A DNA stretch of 60,691 bases, counting the filler, from Sphacelaria rigidula (lineage: Eukaryota): the NCBI GenBank assembly GCA_964200075.2. It is 4 parts of 4 records of this genome, joined end to end, with 100 filler letters (N's around TTAATTAATTAA, not from the genome) between each part and the next. Parts side by side here need not be neighbours in the genome. Positions count along the whole stretch, not along the records: positions 45,597 to 60,691 come from CAXNAA020001907.1; 3 more parts are not named here. One strand, 5' to 3'. Each line of letters starts with the position of its first letter. Position 1 is the first letter of the stretch. The notes under the pieces were generated by a model, which was given only the letters and a program-made list of their open reading frames with translations, was not told where the DNA came from and made no database searches. The translations under genes and the position numbers were made by a program. Of this stretch, positions 45,597-59,009 are shown piece after piece.

Positions 45597-48500
45597 GGGG
45601 AAAGCACTGTTTTAGGCTTGAGCCTCATCTCGAAGTTAAACCTCAATTCTCACAATTTGTTGTTATCCTCAACATAGATGATTGGCTGTTTTGAGAACGT
45701 TTTGGTAAAGACCATTTCTTCACGATAACGCCCTAACCTTCATGAAAAAATGAAAAAAAATGAAGGCCAATTTTTTTTTTCATCCGGCACTCTTTTGTGG
45801 TCATCCATGCTAACTTTTGAATCAAAATTCTAAAAGTTGAGTTTGAACATTGAGATAAGGCCCAACAGCGATGTACATTTCTCCTCAAAACTCCACTAAA
45901 AATACGAAAAAAAAAGAGAAAAATGAAGGGGAAAAAAATCAAAGAGGTAAGAAGCTGTATTTATTTATATCTATACTGTAATGCACTAGCGGTTCACCAC
46001 ACGAAATTTCATGGAACAACTCTCAAGAACTGAGACGCGATATCCAGATTCAGGGCATCTAGTGCCTCAGCTCATAATATATTGATTCTAGGGTGGAAAC
46101 TTATGTGCACCATATCTCGGGATAGATAACGAATTAGATTAAGGTGAGGGTATCTGTCGTCTCCCCTTGCTCCAGAGAATATCCACACCGAAATTCATTG
46201 CCATCCGCTAAATGCACCGATCGGGGGTTCCATAAAGATTTCGGTATAGGCGCTATCTCCCTTAGGTAAAGTAATTACTAGACATGGGATTTAATCAACG
46301 AGAAAATATGGGCCCAAAATTTTGAGCAGATGGCCACCTTCCCACTGATTACACGATTGATACGATATGCCGATCACGGTCCAGGTCGTCTTCGTCGATG
46401 AGGTATTGCTTTTCGAGCTCAAATCCGTTTGAAGGCTGGCCCAGCTCGTACGTGAGCTGTGTGCACCCGTAGGTTCATTGAAAAGGGGCCTCGAAAAGAG
46501 GTACTGAGAATCGTGAGCTGGGTGACGTCAACTGAAAGGTGTGCTTCTCTCGTTCATTATCGTTCTTCATTCGCAGCAAGTTACAAGAAACGAGCAAGAT
46601 ATTCTCAATCGAATGGGTATCTCCCGCATTGTTGGGAGTCAACGCACAACTTCCAGGAAAACAGCGGGATATCGCACCCACCAGGGCCATGGCACAGCAT
46701 GGGTGCGTCGAAAACTCAGAAGCCGATGACTTGAAAAACTTCGCGGTCACATATACGATGGTAGCCCCGCGAAAAAACACATCTGGGCGTGAGTTGAGCG
46801 TTGAATGTAGTACACTACCGTACCGCGAGTGGTTCCGGGGCACCTACTGCGCTGCAACGGTCGCAGTCGCAGCGCTAGTATATCGCGGTTGTTGCTGCTG
46901 TATTACTTATGGCACCGCGGCAGTACACACGTGAGAACGGGAAAGATCGCTGTTTTGACTTGGTGAACGGCACCCACTCAATCAAGCACACGAAAGAAGA
47001 CACCTACCATGACCTACAAGTGGTCTACTGATACAGAGTATTCATGACGGAAAATGAAAACGATATATGAAACCATGGCGATAACCAAGTGACCCGAGAG
47101 CTGGAGGGCAAATGGGAAAATTTCCAGGAGGCGACTAACCAAACTCGCATTCTACCGTGCTGGTCACGACTTGCTGCATGTCAGAGTTCCAGGCCAACCT
47201 GCTAGCTACTGGTATGCAACTCGCGTCAAATTGTTGGCACATCCAGCCTGCTACCTACTGCTCGACAGCAAAAACATGAGATTGTTTTGTTCAGTGCCGC
47301 ACGTATCGGAGTTATCGCACAGGAGTATGCATAAAGAAAACACAGGATTGCCGCTGTGATGTCAACCACAATCGCACAGAGGGCATGTGCGTTCATGAGC
47401 AGACTCAAGCGATACATATCGGAGTCATGCCACAGGGGTGCGAAAAACAACAACAAAATGATCAAAAAACGATCGTAAAGGGGTGCGAAGACCCGCAGTC
47501 CCTTCACCATAGTCAATAGTCAAACCCTCATGACGCGGGCAGGAAAGTACAACACAAACACAAAACACAAAACACGAAGACAAGAAAATGACGGAACACG
47601 TAGTTGGAATCGTATTATTTGAGTCTACACGGGATGGATCCAAACTCCTTTACGGGAATCTACACAATCGGATCGCCATGGCGACTATATATATACCACA
47701 AACGGCAAGTTATTCCGCACCAACATATCGTACTACTCAAAAACTATAAACTGTATCGAAGGCTGTATGTATGTACACCGGACTCTCACTTCCCCCTTTC
47801 TCCGTCGGTATACGGACGTATCAGTGATCCAAATTTTACTAACTGATGAAACCACCTCCCTACACATTGCGCCGATCCCTCCCGCCCCCCCCCCCAATTC
47901 TCTCTCCAGCAGAATCTCATCAGCTCTTAACCTAACAAGGACCGGATGCTGACTAGCGGGACGCCCCCCTTCCCCCGCCCACTGCTGTGGAGTCACCAAT
48001 GTATCCTGCAACCGAAGATCTACCATCGCCCCTGGTCTTGGATGCAGCACAGCTTGTGCCTGGAAATTGCTCAAAAAACACATCATCGCGTAAATCGTCT
48101 CTGCTTGCCCTTATACTATTTTCTAGACCATATACAATCAGTTCGTTGGTGTGCTCCATGTCGCCCATTCCCATCCACACACCCGGCGACCTCTACTTGC
48201 ACTTTCTCCATATTTACCGCACTTCCATCGAGTAGTTCTAACCCCGTCCGCGAAAGTTTCGCTTTTCATGAGGGTACCACATGCGATGTAGTTTTCCGTA
48301 AATATACGAGGACGAAAGACATGTGTGCTATGCTCCTTTCGGAACAGGGTACTACTATCCGTAATCCGCAAAAGATTTGAAAACACCCCCCTCCCCAGAA
48401 CATGGCGCCACTCTCAGAGGTGTACGGTTTTATTTCCGGCGCCGGAATGTGCGCTCCGTGCCAATTGGTGTGTGGCGTGCCGCGGAGTGAATCAAGTTCA

Positions 48501-49205
48501 GCAAAAAAAAGTCTGCAAGCGTTTGCATTCATTCCCTTTAGATACAATCCTCATCGGATTCAAACTGCTAAAAATCGCCCCCCGTCGCATCGAAAAAACT
48601 CGCACAAGTTCTTGTTCCTCTTTCGCTCAAGAGCGCAGGTCGAGGAAACAAAAAATGAAACAAGAGTTCTAGCGAACGCAGGCTTCTTTCCACCAGCACT
48701 TTTTTATCGACAACTCCATCAACCCGATTACTCCCCCACGAAACGCCGCCTCGTGTTTTGAGGGATCAGAGTAAAACATTTGACTTTTCACAACAACAAA
48801 AGAGGGCACGGGGGGATGACAGCAGTTCCAACAAACATATTTCACACCTGGAGAAACGCTGCACGCTTGCCGAGTAAACAGGGGGAGGGGGTGGGGCATT
48901 TGGGAAGGTAGCAGTAGCTCCGACTCATACCGGCCCTCGTTGCAAGGAAAATTCAACACAATAAACACTATCAAAACAAACAAACACCCTACCAAGTTCG
49001 GTGCGACATCGGCTTGTTTTCCCGCCGCACACGCACAACGCAAACAAGAAAGGCAAACAAAAAAACTCAATCGAAAGATATTAGCAAAAACCTTCACCAC
49101 GCCTATATGGCTGATTTGGTTCATTCTACCCCTAACTTTTCCCACCCCCCCCCCCCCCCCCCCGTCGCCGCCCAACACTCAACAACCGTTCCGCGTCGAA
49201 TAAAC

Positions 49206-50644
49206 TCATGTGTGTTTGGCAGCAGCTCCTTGCATTTCTGGCAAGGCTTCCACTGCTGAAAGGATGGCGGGACGTCGGCTTCGCCTCTTTTTGTCGTACC
49301 AGATGCAGCCCATCGACATCTGACAACGCGGTTTGCGGGGAGGATGGGGAGAAGGAAGGACAGCGGGCAGACTCATGAGGACCTAAACGTACAGAGGCCG
49401 GCACAGCGAATACGTACACTAAATGTACCGAGTACGACACAGACTGGATTTCTGGTTGTGTATGGTTCGGACTTTAGCAAAGTGTCACCAATAAGTCGGG
49501 TGGGATAAGTCTTTCCACGATAAAAAGTGGCTGCTTTGAGGAGGCAAATCTACACGGAAATCGAAATGAGAAAAGCCCAGCACAACGAGCACCTGGGGAT
49601 TCCTAGGGTTGGTTTCGTTGTCGCCGATGTCGCCCACATGAGGCGCTTCATGGAGCCCAAAAACAAACATCGGGCGCTATATACCATTTTTTTCGGGACG
49701 GTTTTGGGCTTCTTTTTTTTTGGGGGGGGGGGGGGGTCTATCGTAGAAAGTGTCGGATACAAATATCCGTGAGCACTCCGGGATATCGGAACGTATGTAT
49801 GGTATACCATGCCGAATATTCGATACGCATTGGACCTTGGAATATACACAGTGCCGATAGGCTGCGGCAATCGATGACGTATGTGCCCTGGAGAATCGAG
49901 TACTCCAAAATATCCTGTAGAACCAAGGGTACCTCATGGGACGTACCCTCGTTCAAGCACCTTTCCTGATCGCACAAAAGCACCACACCCTGGATTTTTT
50001 CAAGTACTTTTTCCAAAAGTATATCGTACTGTCTACAATATGGAATCTCTTTGTCTCATTGCGATAGACACATTAGTCGGTACTGCACACAGTACGCGTC
50101 TCGACAATGCAATCGATCATCTAGGGTGCGGGTAAAACATACCCGGAACTTCTCGCAGCGGAAAACAGGGTTACGATAGAACGATTGCACGCAAGTGGGA
50201 CACATCCCGACGTGCGTTCACTTGTTGCGCGTACTTGGAACCAAAAACCGCGAGCCAGGCTGAATTTTTTTGTCATACTCGTATGACAAAGGACTCTCAC
50301 CACTAATGTTACGGCATATATTGCCGCCGCTATGTAGCAGTTCTTGGATGCATCCTCGTCCTCGTGGTGCTCCCATATCTCCAGGTCCGTGAAAAAGGGT
50401 TGGTTGTGGAACATGGATCCCATACACAGCAAAAACCAAATACCGAAGAAGGACAGCAGCCCACAGCACTGCGGCACGGAATAGAGGTGTGGAGGTAGGG
50501 AAGGAGGGGGGGGGAGGGGAGTAAATCACAGCTGAGACGAGTAGCAATAGCATCAACGATTTCAACAAACAGAATGGCGCCTTGATTATGTCAAAAAAAA
50601 TTCTAGACCCGTCTGTGACTGACCGCAACGAGTCCGTAGTACAT
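49206..50644 (-). CDS. RNASEK: Small two-TM protein, RNase kappa / V-ATPase subunit f family
   Basis: Exons 50644-50624, 50468-50301 and 49319-49206 (all phase 0, GT-AG) give MYYGLVA|CCGLLSFFGIWFLLCMGSMFHNQPFFTDLEIWEHHEDEDASKNCYIAAAIYAVTLV|MSMGCIWYDKKRRSRR...KHT*. The CC.LLS..G.. and S.NC.IAAAIY...C patterns match RNASEK. The start codon is uncertain. Confidence 0.8.
49507..49754 (-). mobile_element. GACAC-family MITE with 4-bp GGAT TSD, in the RNASEK intron
   Basis: GGAT|AAGTCTTTCCACGAT ... ATCGTAGAAAGTGTC|GGAT; reverse-complement homology to 18046-18310. Confidence 0.8.
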
Positions 50645-53600
50645 CAATATAGGGGCGCTTGGGTCGGAGACGTGCGTCGAGCAGAGAAGTTGCAATTCCG
50701 TTGACGGCAGAGCTATTTTTGATGATGATAGGCTACACAAAACAACACTATCAACTCTTTTGTGCCATCTGTCATGTTCCATAGCTGTTACGAGCTGAAC
50801 GAAATTAGCATCGATCGAGCTTACTCTACAATACTCGAAAGGCGCCACTCGTACCTAACGACGAGTCGCTGAGCGCCTTGAAAGACAAAGAAACAAATTT
50901 CAACGAAAATCACGACGCCGATTTTGACGAGTAGACTTTCCGAGCCCCCCTTGACCACCGGGAACAACGATCGGCTGATAGAGCACAACTTTCACCCTTA
51001 TTAATGGACGCAGGGCCTAGATGATCCATGCCGGCCATCACACGGTTTCATCCAGGCGGGAAAATATTATCCGGCCACCGCGGGGCGCCGAATTTCCGGC
51101 GTTTTGGGGACCCCCAAATCTTTCGAGTCTTGAGGCTCGTGAATCCACAGGGTGGTTGCCCGGCTGATTGCAGCCTGATATTCATTGAATGAGCGTACAA
51201 GGGAATATGGGGGGCCTTGTTTCGACACAACTTGTCGGCGGGTGTCATGGAGGAAACTCTCCCTCAAAAGGGGTAAAACTTCGGGGATTTGAATGATACG
51301 AATAGAGTGTCGGTACAATGTGATCACAAATGGATCTCGGGGCAATGAAGTGGGGCCAGACGGATCCTCGGCACTGAATGAGAAAACGACCAAAACTTTT
51401 GCCCAAGTCGCCCCCAGATGTTCGCCGCTCAGTACCATCGCAGCCGCGACGGACTCGGGAGGGAGGAAATGAAGTCGCACAAATTGTAGGCTAGTGTTGA
51501 AAGTGTTTACGTGAGACTACACCTACGGTAAAGACCGTATATACTTAGTAGCAGCATGTTGGTTGGGGTTTGTGTGCTTATGAGTGAAGCAGGACATATT
51601 TTGGTTGTATAATTAGGCACTCACACCCATGGCGAGACATCGCTTGATTCTTGCAGCTCATCTTCGGGATCTTCCCCGTTCTACTGCATCCAACGGGTCG
51701 AAGGTACACTCCCCTTTCGTCGTATGGAACTCATTGTTGGTTGAACTCCGCCTTCCCTCGCTAGGATGTAAGGTATCCAGAGTTGACCCTCCATGTAGCT
51801 ATTGGAATGAGGGCTTATCTGGGTGGGGATTTCCGCGACGACGCAGTACTTCTGTGTCCACTGAAGGCTGCCTACGTAGACCCGTCGATAGGGATACGAA
51901 TCTTACAACAGCAGTACGTGAGCACAGTGAACGGCTGCTTGTACGTGCAGCTGACTGTAGGACGCAGCTTGTTCTTACTTGCCCGACTCGGCCGACAAAC
52001 TCCACAAACAGTTGCTGTAGGATTGCCGGAGCACAGGGGTCACTGGGGCGGCCAAGGAACAGCAGCATTATACTCTCCACGGCCACTGCCTTCACGACAC
52101 GACTGGAGCAGCGTCTAATTGTTTTATGCTGCTGAGCAGAGTATTTCAGATCATGGATACGAAATGCACCACGTCGCCGTCTGCTGTTGTTGGCTCATGT
52201 ATACAGCTGATCCTAGATGGAAGCTTCCGAACTCGTCGCGGTCAAAAGCTCATCTCTTCGACTGTCATGGTGATCCATCTTTCGAGTAGGGACGGGTTTT
52301 ACTCGATATGTGACTCTTCAGAGCCAAGCGACCGACCCCGGTTGTCAAAGGGTAATGAACCTTTCGACCGTTCGGGGTGTCCATTTTCGGGTGCCCGGAA
52401 GGTAATAACCCGTTGAGCGCCAGAGTGTGATCACTCATGGAATCAGCATCATCTTCACTTCAAAAATGGTTTGTATACTCGGGTATAGACTACCCTAGGA
52501 AGCGGTCGAAAGGATACTTGGAAAGATGGTTCGTGGACATGGGTAGACTACTCTGCCAAGCGGTCGAAGGGAAAGGAGCGAAGGGATACATCATCATACA
52601 CACCGTGCGGTGAGCAATCTTCCCGCAAAATCAGTCACAACAAGAACACAAACGACGGCCAATAGTCCGCAGCTGGTGTTTCGAGGGAGTGCTCTTTCTA
52701 TTTGCTCCCTGCTGTTGATTTACGATTCATCCTATAACAGGGAGGAGCGCGCACGGGGAGAGAAGGGTATTTGATCGGACGATAGGAGAGGCTAGTACGT
52801 GTGTCAGATGACCTGCCACACTCGCGGTGCGCTTATATTTGTTTCAAAACGGTGTTGATCGGTATGAATGGGCGTTACTTATTTATACAACCGTTACTGT
52901 TTTCAATAACGTTTTGACTTCAAATTTCGTGCGAGTGACCAAAAATACCCCCCCCCTCCTATAGCAGTACGACTCATGCGTGATTCATCCCTCATGCGAA
53001 ATTATTTTTGGTGTTACAAGGCAGACGCTGTGGGGGAAAGTTTTCAGGCCCTCGGCATACATGAATACACTTGTCCGCACATGACACTCACAACTGAGTA
53101 AAAAACCGCATCTCATTGTACTACACTATGTTCGTTGTATTGACAGGACACGAGAGACCCAAGGAGTGCACCCGCTGTCAATATAGGACATTTTTGTACA
53201 CCCAAGGGGACATCAAGAAAAAAAATCAAGAAACATACGAGTCCCCCGAACGTTGAAAAAATCGAGAAAAGCAGGGTTCGGGGGGGTTGGGCGCCGGACC
53301 GCAGGTGTGTGCTAATTACTTGTGTAGTGAAGCCGTAAATTACTATGTTGCCGTCATGTGCCGCGTTGGTTTCGAGGCGAGCTCTTGACGAGTCAAACAC
53401 GTTGTCGTGCGCTGCAAGGCGACACGTACAGTGTATGTGCGCGATGACAAAGTGTGTAGGGAGACAACGAAGGTTGCGCATTGTTGCAACCGGGCCGAAA
53501 CTTGTCAGACACGTGATCAGTTTCGAATAAAGGTATCCCAGTCGATAATGGTACGGTGCTTGCAAACCTTGATGTAAACTGCTGCATAATTGTGTTGGTC

Positions 53601-56600
53601 GTAGGGAGACGCTGATTGGCATCCAGAAGGGCTGCGCGAGCAGTATCCAAACACTGTTGTGCACTGTCCATCCATTCGTAAATAAGCCAAGCTGAAGACC
53701 CTGTATGGGATACGCCACCCGCAGCACCACTTACTTCGACTACAGAGGCCAAGAATCACAACGGGAACCGTCTTTTCGCATGACTCAAACTTCCACGCTG
53801 GCTTGTAGGTGGCAGGACAGATATGTCCGGGTGCCTCGCTGTGCTTTCGACCGAAAAAGACATGCCAAGCTTTTTGCGATCCTCAAGTCCCCGCCCAATC
53901 CTTTGTGCCACCATTTTGCTGACTCTGTCCAAGACTAGCCTTTTACTTGATTGTCAACTGCGACAACTATACAGTATTCGAAAGTGACCACGGGTCGGAC
54001 AAGCTTCGGCCTGGTTGCACCGGTTGCAGCAAACGCAACCTTCACGGCGGTCTGCACAGGAAGACTGCCACGCAAATCTCACGAAATATGATTGCCCCGA
54101 CAGTTGGAACATGATACTCCAGGAAACGTGGGTAATACAGTGATATGAGTACAAAAGATTTTCCATGCTACGAACCACTGTGGTTTTTTGTCAGACACTC
54201 GAGAATCATCACATCGAGCTCCTTTTGTACATGACAAAACAGGGAGGCAAAGTTGATGCGTAATCAAGTAAAACGGGATTTTGCACCCGAGTATAGTACA
54301 ACGATACAAGGCATGCTACCTCCACTTTGCTGATCATCTGTGCGCTTTCAGAATACAAGCTACTGGAACGGTCGTGGCCTGCAGATGCCTTGTACGGCGA
54401 CCGACTACAGGCACACTGACCAATGTTTTTTCAACGCCCCGCAAGTGTCCACCCGTTGTATGTCGCTGTACCTCACGCACACAAAAAGAGTACAATAATA
54501 CGAACGGCGACTGCCACTGTGTAGGTAGAACTGGCACTACTAGACTGGATACGAAAACGCAGGTGCATCTTGTGTCTGATACCAACGTACAGCACAGCAG
54601 TGGTGTACATAGATGGGTAGTACGTACAAAGGTCGTCTTCCTGCTGGTCGATGATTTCACGAACGGTATAATGCATGATGTACGGTAAAACGGCGGATGC
54701 ACAAGCACGGGAGATGAGTGCATATACCTTTTTCCATGTGTTTCTCACCATCTTACAAAAATACCGAGTACGGTGGACGATGGGAGCTACACCGTGTGAC
54801 TGACGTCACACATGTCCGGGTGAAATCCATACAGACGTGTGTACCCCCGAGCGGGGCAAATTGTTGGATCGATGGATCGATTGATTTTCGTACGCCAACT
54901 TGATCCCTACAAGAATCCAGCACATCATGGGCGCATCCACAACTCGTAGAAACACTCGCTTATTTTGAGGAAACCCGAGGTAGTGGACACATGAAAGAGA
55001 CGAGGAGAACGTAGACAGCAAAGTGACGAGAAAGGAGAGGGGAAATGCGTGCTGCAAGAGAGATAATGTGGTCGTGCATAAGACTCCTGCACACTACAGC
55101 AAGCGCGATAATAGTACAGTACAAACAGTATGGTATACATCGAGGGAGTAAAGGCAAAGTATGTTTGGCTCGCGTCATTTGTATGAACGAAAGTTTGAAG
55201 TTGCATGAAAAAACAAGAGGTGGAAAATGGCGGCACTACGGTATCCTTTGGGTTGGCTTTTTCGCCGAGTAATTTGGGCGCATACTTTCATGGACGGAGA
55301 CGCCGAGTAATTTATGAGGTCGACCTGGTACATACATAGGCAAAAGCATGACATGCTCGATGCTTGTTTGCCCGCTCTGCAAGAAAGCGGCAGTGTGTGG
55401 TCGTTACATACTGGGGTCAATCTCGGCGTAGCGAAAGCCGACGGTAGCTGTAGATGAGACAAACGTGGGCAATTTCCAAAAAGCGAGTGGCCGTAAGCGC
55501 ACGTTTTATGGAAGAACAATATCCCTCTCAACACACTGTTTTGCGTTTTGAAAATTCGGCTTTCAAGCCCCCCCTACCCCTCTCACAAGAGCTCCTCTAT
55601 TTGCCAGGGTAATGCATTTCTACCATCATAATGGCGAAATATTATGACAACGGGCGCTCTGTAGAAAGCACCACGGCCAGACGGGGAAATGGTCGTGAAC
55701 ATGAAGCAAAAGATCTTGTTGAGCGATGTAAAAAAAAAATACAAAAACGCAGGATTCGAGCACTCAGGAGAACGATCACCTGATCAGTGCTTTCCAACGT
55801 CAACATCCCAACCCTCCCCGAGTGCGGTGCGTACCAAAACTAGGTTCGTCGTGCCAAGCATTGCGATGACTTGAACTTTCACGCGAGGGAGATCGCGAGG
55901 ACACTTTGCACGAACACCGCAACCTCAAGCAAAAAGTACATGTCTTTCGGGACCAACTTTACGTGTGTTGTGTCGTAACGCATGGATATACACTGTAAAA
56001 TAATATATCACGACTGGGGACCCCTCGACGTGTTTTGGTAGGCCTGCTGATTTGATTACTCGAGAGCGTCTTCGCTCACAGCCATATCAAAGACAACAGG
56101 AGTGTGTTGTCTACGCAGGGAGGTAAGTATCTTGAGATTCATCACAACAAGTATGCCCCTTCGACATCAGACTACTTGGCCAGCCACACCAATTTTTCGG
56201 TTACGCAAGCGCGTACCCACACAGCTGGGGACCCACCCCTAAGCGTGTTTGCGGCCATGAAAATGATGATGAACCTGATCCGTAATGATAGCTCCAGTCG
56301 TACTTCAAGAGTGACGAACAAGTCCGACACTTGTCTGAAAAAAAAACACGTCGCATCATGAAACGACGCGAGGAGCACGTGAAGTGACGAGTGGATTCGA
56401 AGTGAGAACGTAAGAAGCCAAGTCCGTGGCTGCACCTTTTTTCATGGCAGGGCCAACATCGCGCGTTCAGCGATTGTTCTAAGAAGCTCCCGTTTGCATA
56501 CGGTATTTGAAGACCGAGACTGTCCACGACCAGTACTGCTGTGTTGTCTGCATTGCACTGTACTACTGTACTGTAAAATGTGTCCCGAGTGACGTGTAGG

Positions 56601-57971
56601 GATCTGAGAGACCAATATTTTGTCAAGCGTACCCCTCCGTTTGAACCCCCAGACTCAACAACGTCTACGGAAATAAGATATAGCCCCAGCAACACGACCT
56701 CGTGTGTGTGTGTCCCATGTGGGATGTGGTCTGTGTGTGGACAAACGACCTGCACCTAATGGCACGACCCGGTACAGTAGTAGCACCGAAACCATGGCGT
56801 CGGTGAGGTACGGTAAAAAATAGAGGATCAAAAGCCCGAGTACACATATGGATAATACAGCAGTCGTCCTGCAGTGTGGTGTACGTAATACAGATCAGGT
56901 CTTTTGGTGACATAAAGATAGCATCAAAGGATGAATCCAAAAAGACAGACAGCACCGGTCGATTAGACGTCACATCGCAGCGACACCTATATCTTCGATT
57001 GGCCCCAGCAACATATTTCGGACGAGATGAAGAGATGTCGAAACGGCAGCAACACCAAGGGATGGTGATCAACATACCAAAGCGCAAGCTCAAGAGATCT
57101 GTCCTTCAGCACAAACGCACTTCTATGTGCTGGAGGGCTCTGAAAATGCACAATGCTACAGGCAAGTACGGCTGACAGGCAACCAGGAGCAGAAGCGGAC
57201 CCCAAGACACCTTTTTGAAACGGCACAGAGGTGAGATCAACAAGGAAGCAGACCGCTATTTCTGAGGCCGACCGAGTACTTACACACTGCTTTCGTACGC
57301 CGTATCTCTGATGCCTACAGTGCTGCTCTAGAACTCTCCATCTAGGTTTCAACCGCACGAGATTCCACGGCGTGCGTCTCTGTCTGTGCACCGTACCGAG
57401 TTGAACTCACCATCCCGCACGCTGGTAATGAGCACATCCTTCTCTGCAGTCTATCTTCGCCGAAAGGACGTGTGTATCACACAGTGACACTGCGCTCGTC
57501 TCCAAATAGCTTCGCCAACAACCTCACTTCTTCTATCGCTCTGTGTCCACTGCAGACGACTCCTTCCTGTGATGTAAGAAACGCCAATATCAATGAAGAC
57601 GCGGCCGTGGGGTACAGATTGTGGTGCAGAGCGCGCGCGAGTTGCAGTGGGGGCCGTGTGTGCTTCAATGAAATTGCTCGTTGATACGTGTTCATATAAA
57701 TATATTTTTTCTTTTACAGTTTAATAACTTGGTCGCAATTGCAACGGTTCCCGTCTGTAGAGGCGTTATGCTCCTTTGGACAATAGTCTAGACTTTAGAG
57801 TCACAAATTTGCAAGTTTTTGGCTCTCTGTGTCATGACTCTGTGCCTTGTCATGGGGGAATGCTCATCTTGCAGTGAGATGATGAAGGCTGTCATCAGTC
57901 AGTAGATACAGGACGTGTTTTTGCCGGGTCGTCTCTGTAGGGCGTATACCTGCGACAAGCGGAGGAGGGGG

Positions 57972-59009
57972 ATGCTTGGGGAAAGCGAACGGGCCAATGT
58001 CCGCAGACAAGAACAAGCGGGTAGAGCCCATGGTGCGCTGACGGCGTTGGCCACTCGCCGCGCACGACGCGGTCGTATTGATAACAGTACTACAACGAAT
58101 CATGTTGCCACCACCGCTGCAAGTATGACTCTCGGCTGCCTGTGCGCGCTGCTGCGGCCGCCCCGAGGGGAAGCCTGGGTGAGCGGCGGTGGTGGACCGG
58201 GACAACGGCAGCAGCAGTCAATCGCCAATAAAAGGTGGGGTCGTAGGAGCAGAATTGGTGTTCAGCCATTGCTACGGCGGCACCATGGGGGTGGTATTTG
58301 CTCGGCGCCGCACCGCCAAATAGGATACAACGGCGACGGCGGCGTTAGCGGCGGAGGTAAGGTGTGTGAGAGTCGCTACAGCAGCAGCTGTTTCGTTGGT
58401 GCGAGAGAGGGCGGTCTCCGTCGCCGTGATAAAGGTGCGTTGTCGTATAAAGCGATGTGTATGGTTGGCGGCGGCAGCAGCGGCAGCTGTGGTGATGATT
58501 TTGACAATCGGAGCGAGCCTGTTCAAGACTCGGAGTCCATCTCTCTTAGACCAGTATCATCGTCATCTGCAGCAGCAGTAGTAGCAACAGCTTCCGCCCC
58601 TGCGCCGTCCCCGCTACCTGACGATAACGACGATGATGCACGCATCAGCGACAACGGGAGAACAGTCCCGAACGCCAACTCTGTTGGTGCTGATGCGGGA
58701 GCGTCTGTTGTACAGTTTACTGCAGTGAACGGCAACAACAACTCGCGCACTGTAGCGTCAGCCGCACAACCGGCACTCGACGCTGCTGCTGCTTCTGCTG
58801 CAACGGAGGCAGAGACACCTGAACGCCAGATCGAAGAGCTGGGCAAAAAACGCCGCTGGTGTGAAGTTCTCAAGATCATGAAAAGTCTCGACTCGCCGAC
58901 AAGAGAGCAGTATGAGTCGGCGATCATGGCGTGTTCGTTGTCGGGACAAGCTCGACATTCGCTTCGTATTCACACTGAGATGGTCGCTGCGGGATTTGAG
59001 CCCACCCCG
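57972..59009 (+). CDS. First exon of a pentatricopeptide repeat (PPR) protein, 3'-partial
   Basis: Long GC-rich ORF with low-complexity N-terminus ending IEELGKKRRWCEVLKIMKSL..QYESAIMACSLSGQARHSLRIHTEMVAAGFEPTP, a PPR-like motif, then donor CCG|GTAAGC. The start could be 57972 or 58125. Next exon not found. Confidence 0.75.

Noticed and set aside
47733..48180. Exon-like minus-strand ORFs
   Set aside because: Two competing frames, no recognisable domain and no consistent splice chain.
45497..50644. RNASEK-LTN1 gene cluster, or LTN1 5' exons in 46-49 kb
   Set aside because: Separated by an artificial linker, and no Listerin N-terminal motif was seen.
53393..53752. ORF with LSTGIPLFE..FRPG resembling a Rad51-paralog N-terminus
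   Set aside because: No Walker A exon was found, and the segment is one arm of an inverted repeat.
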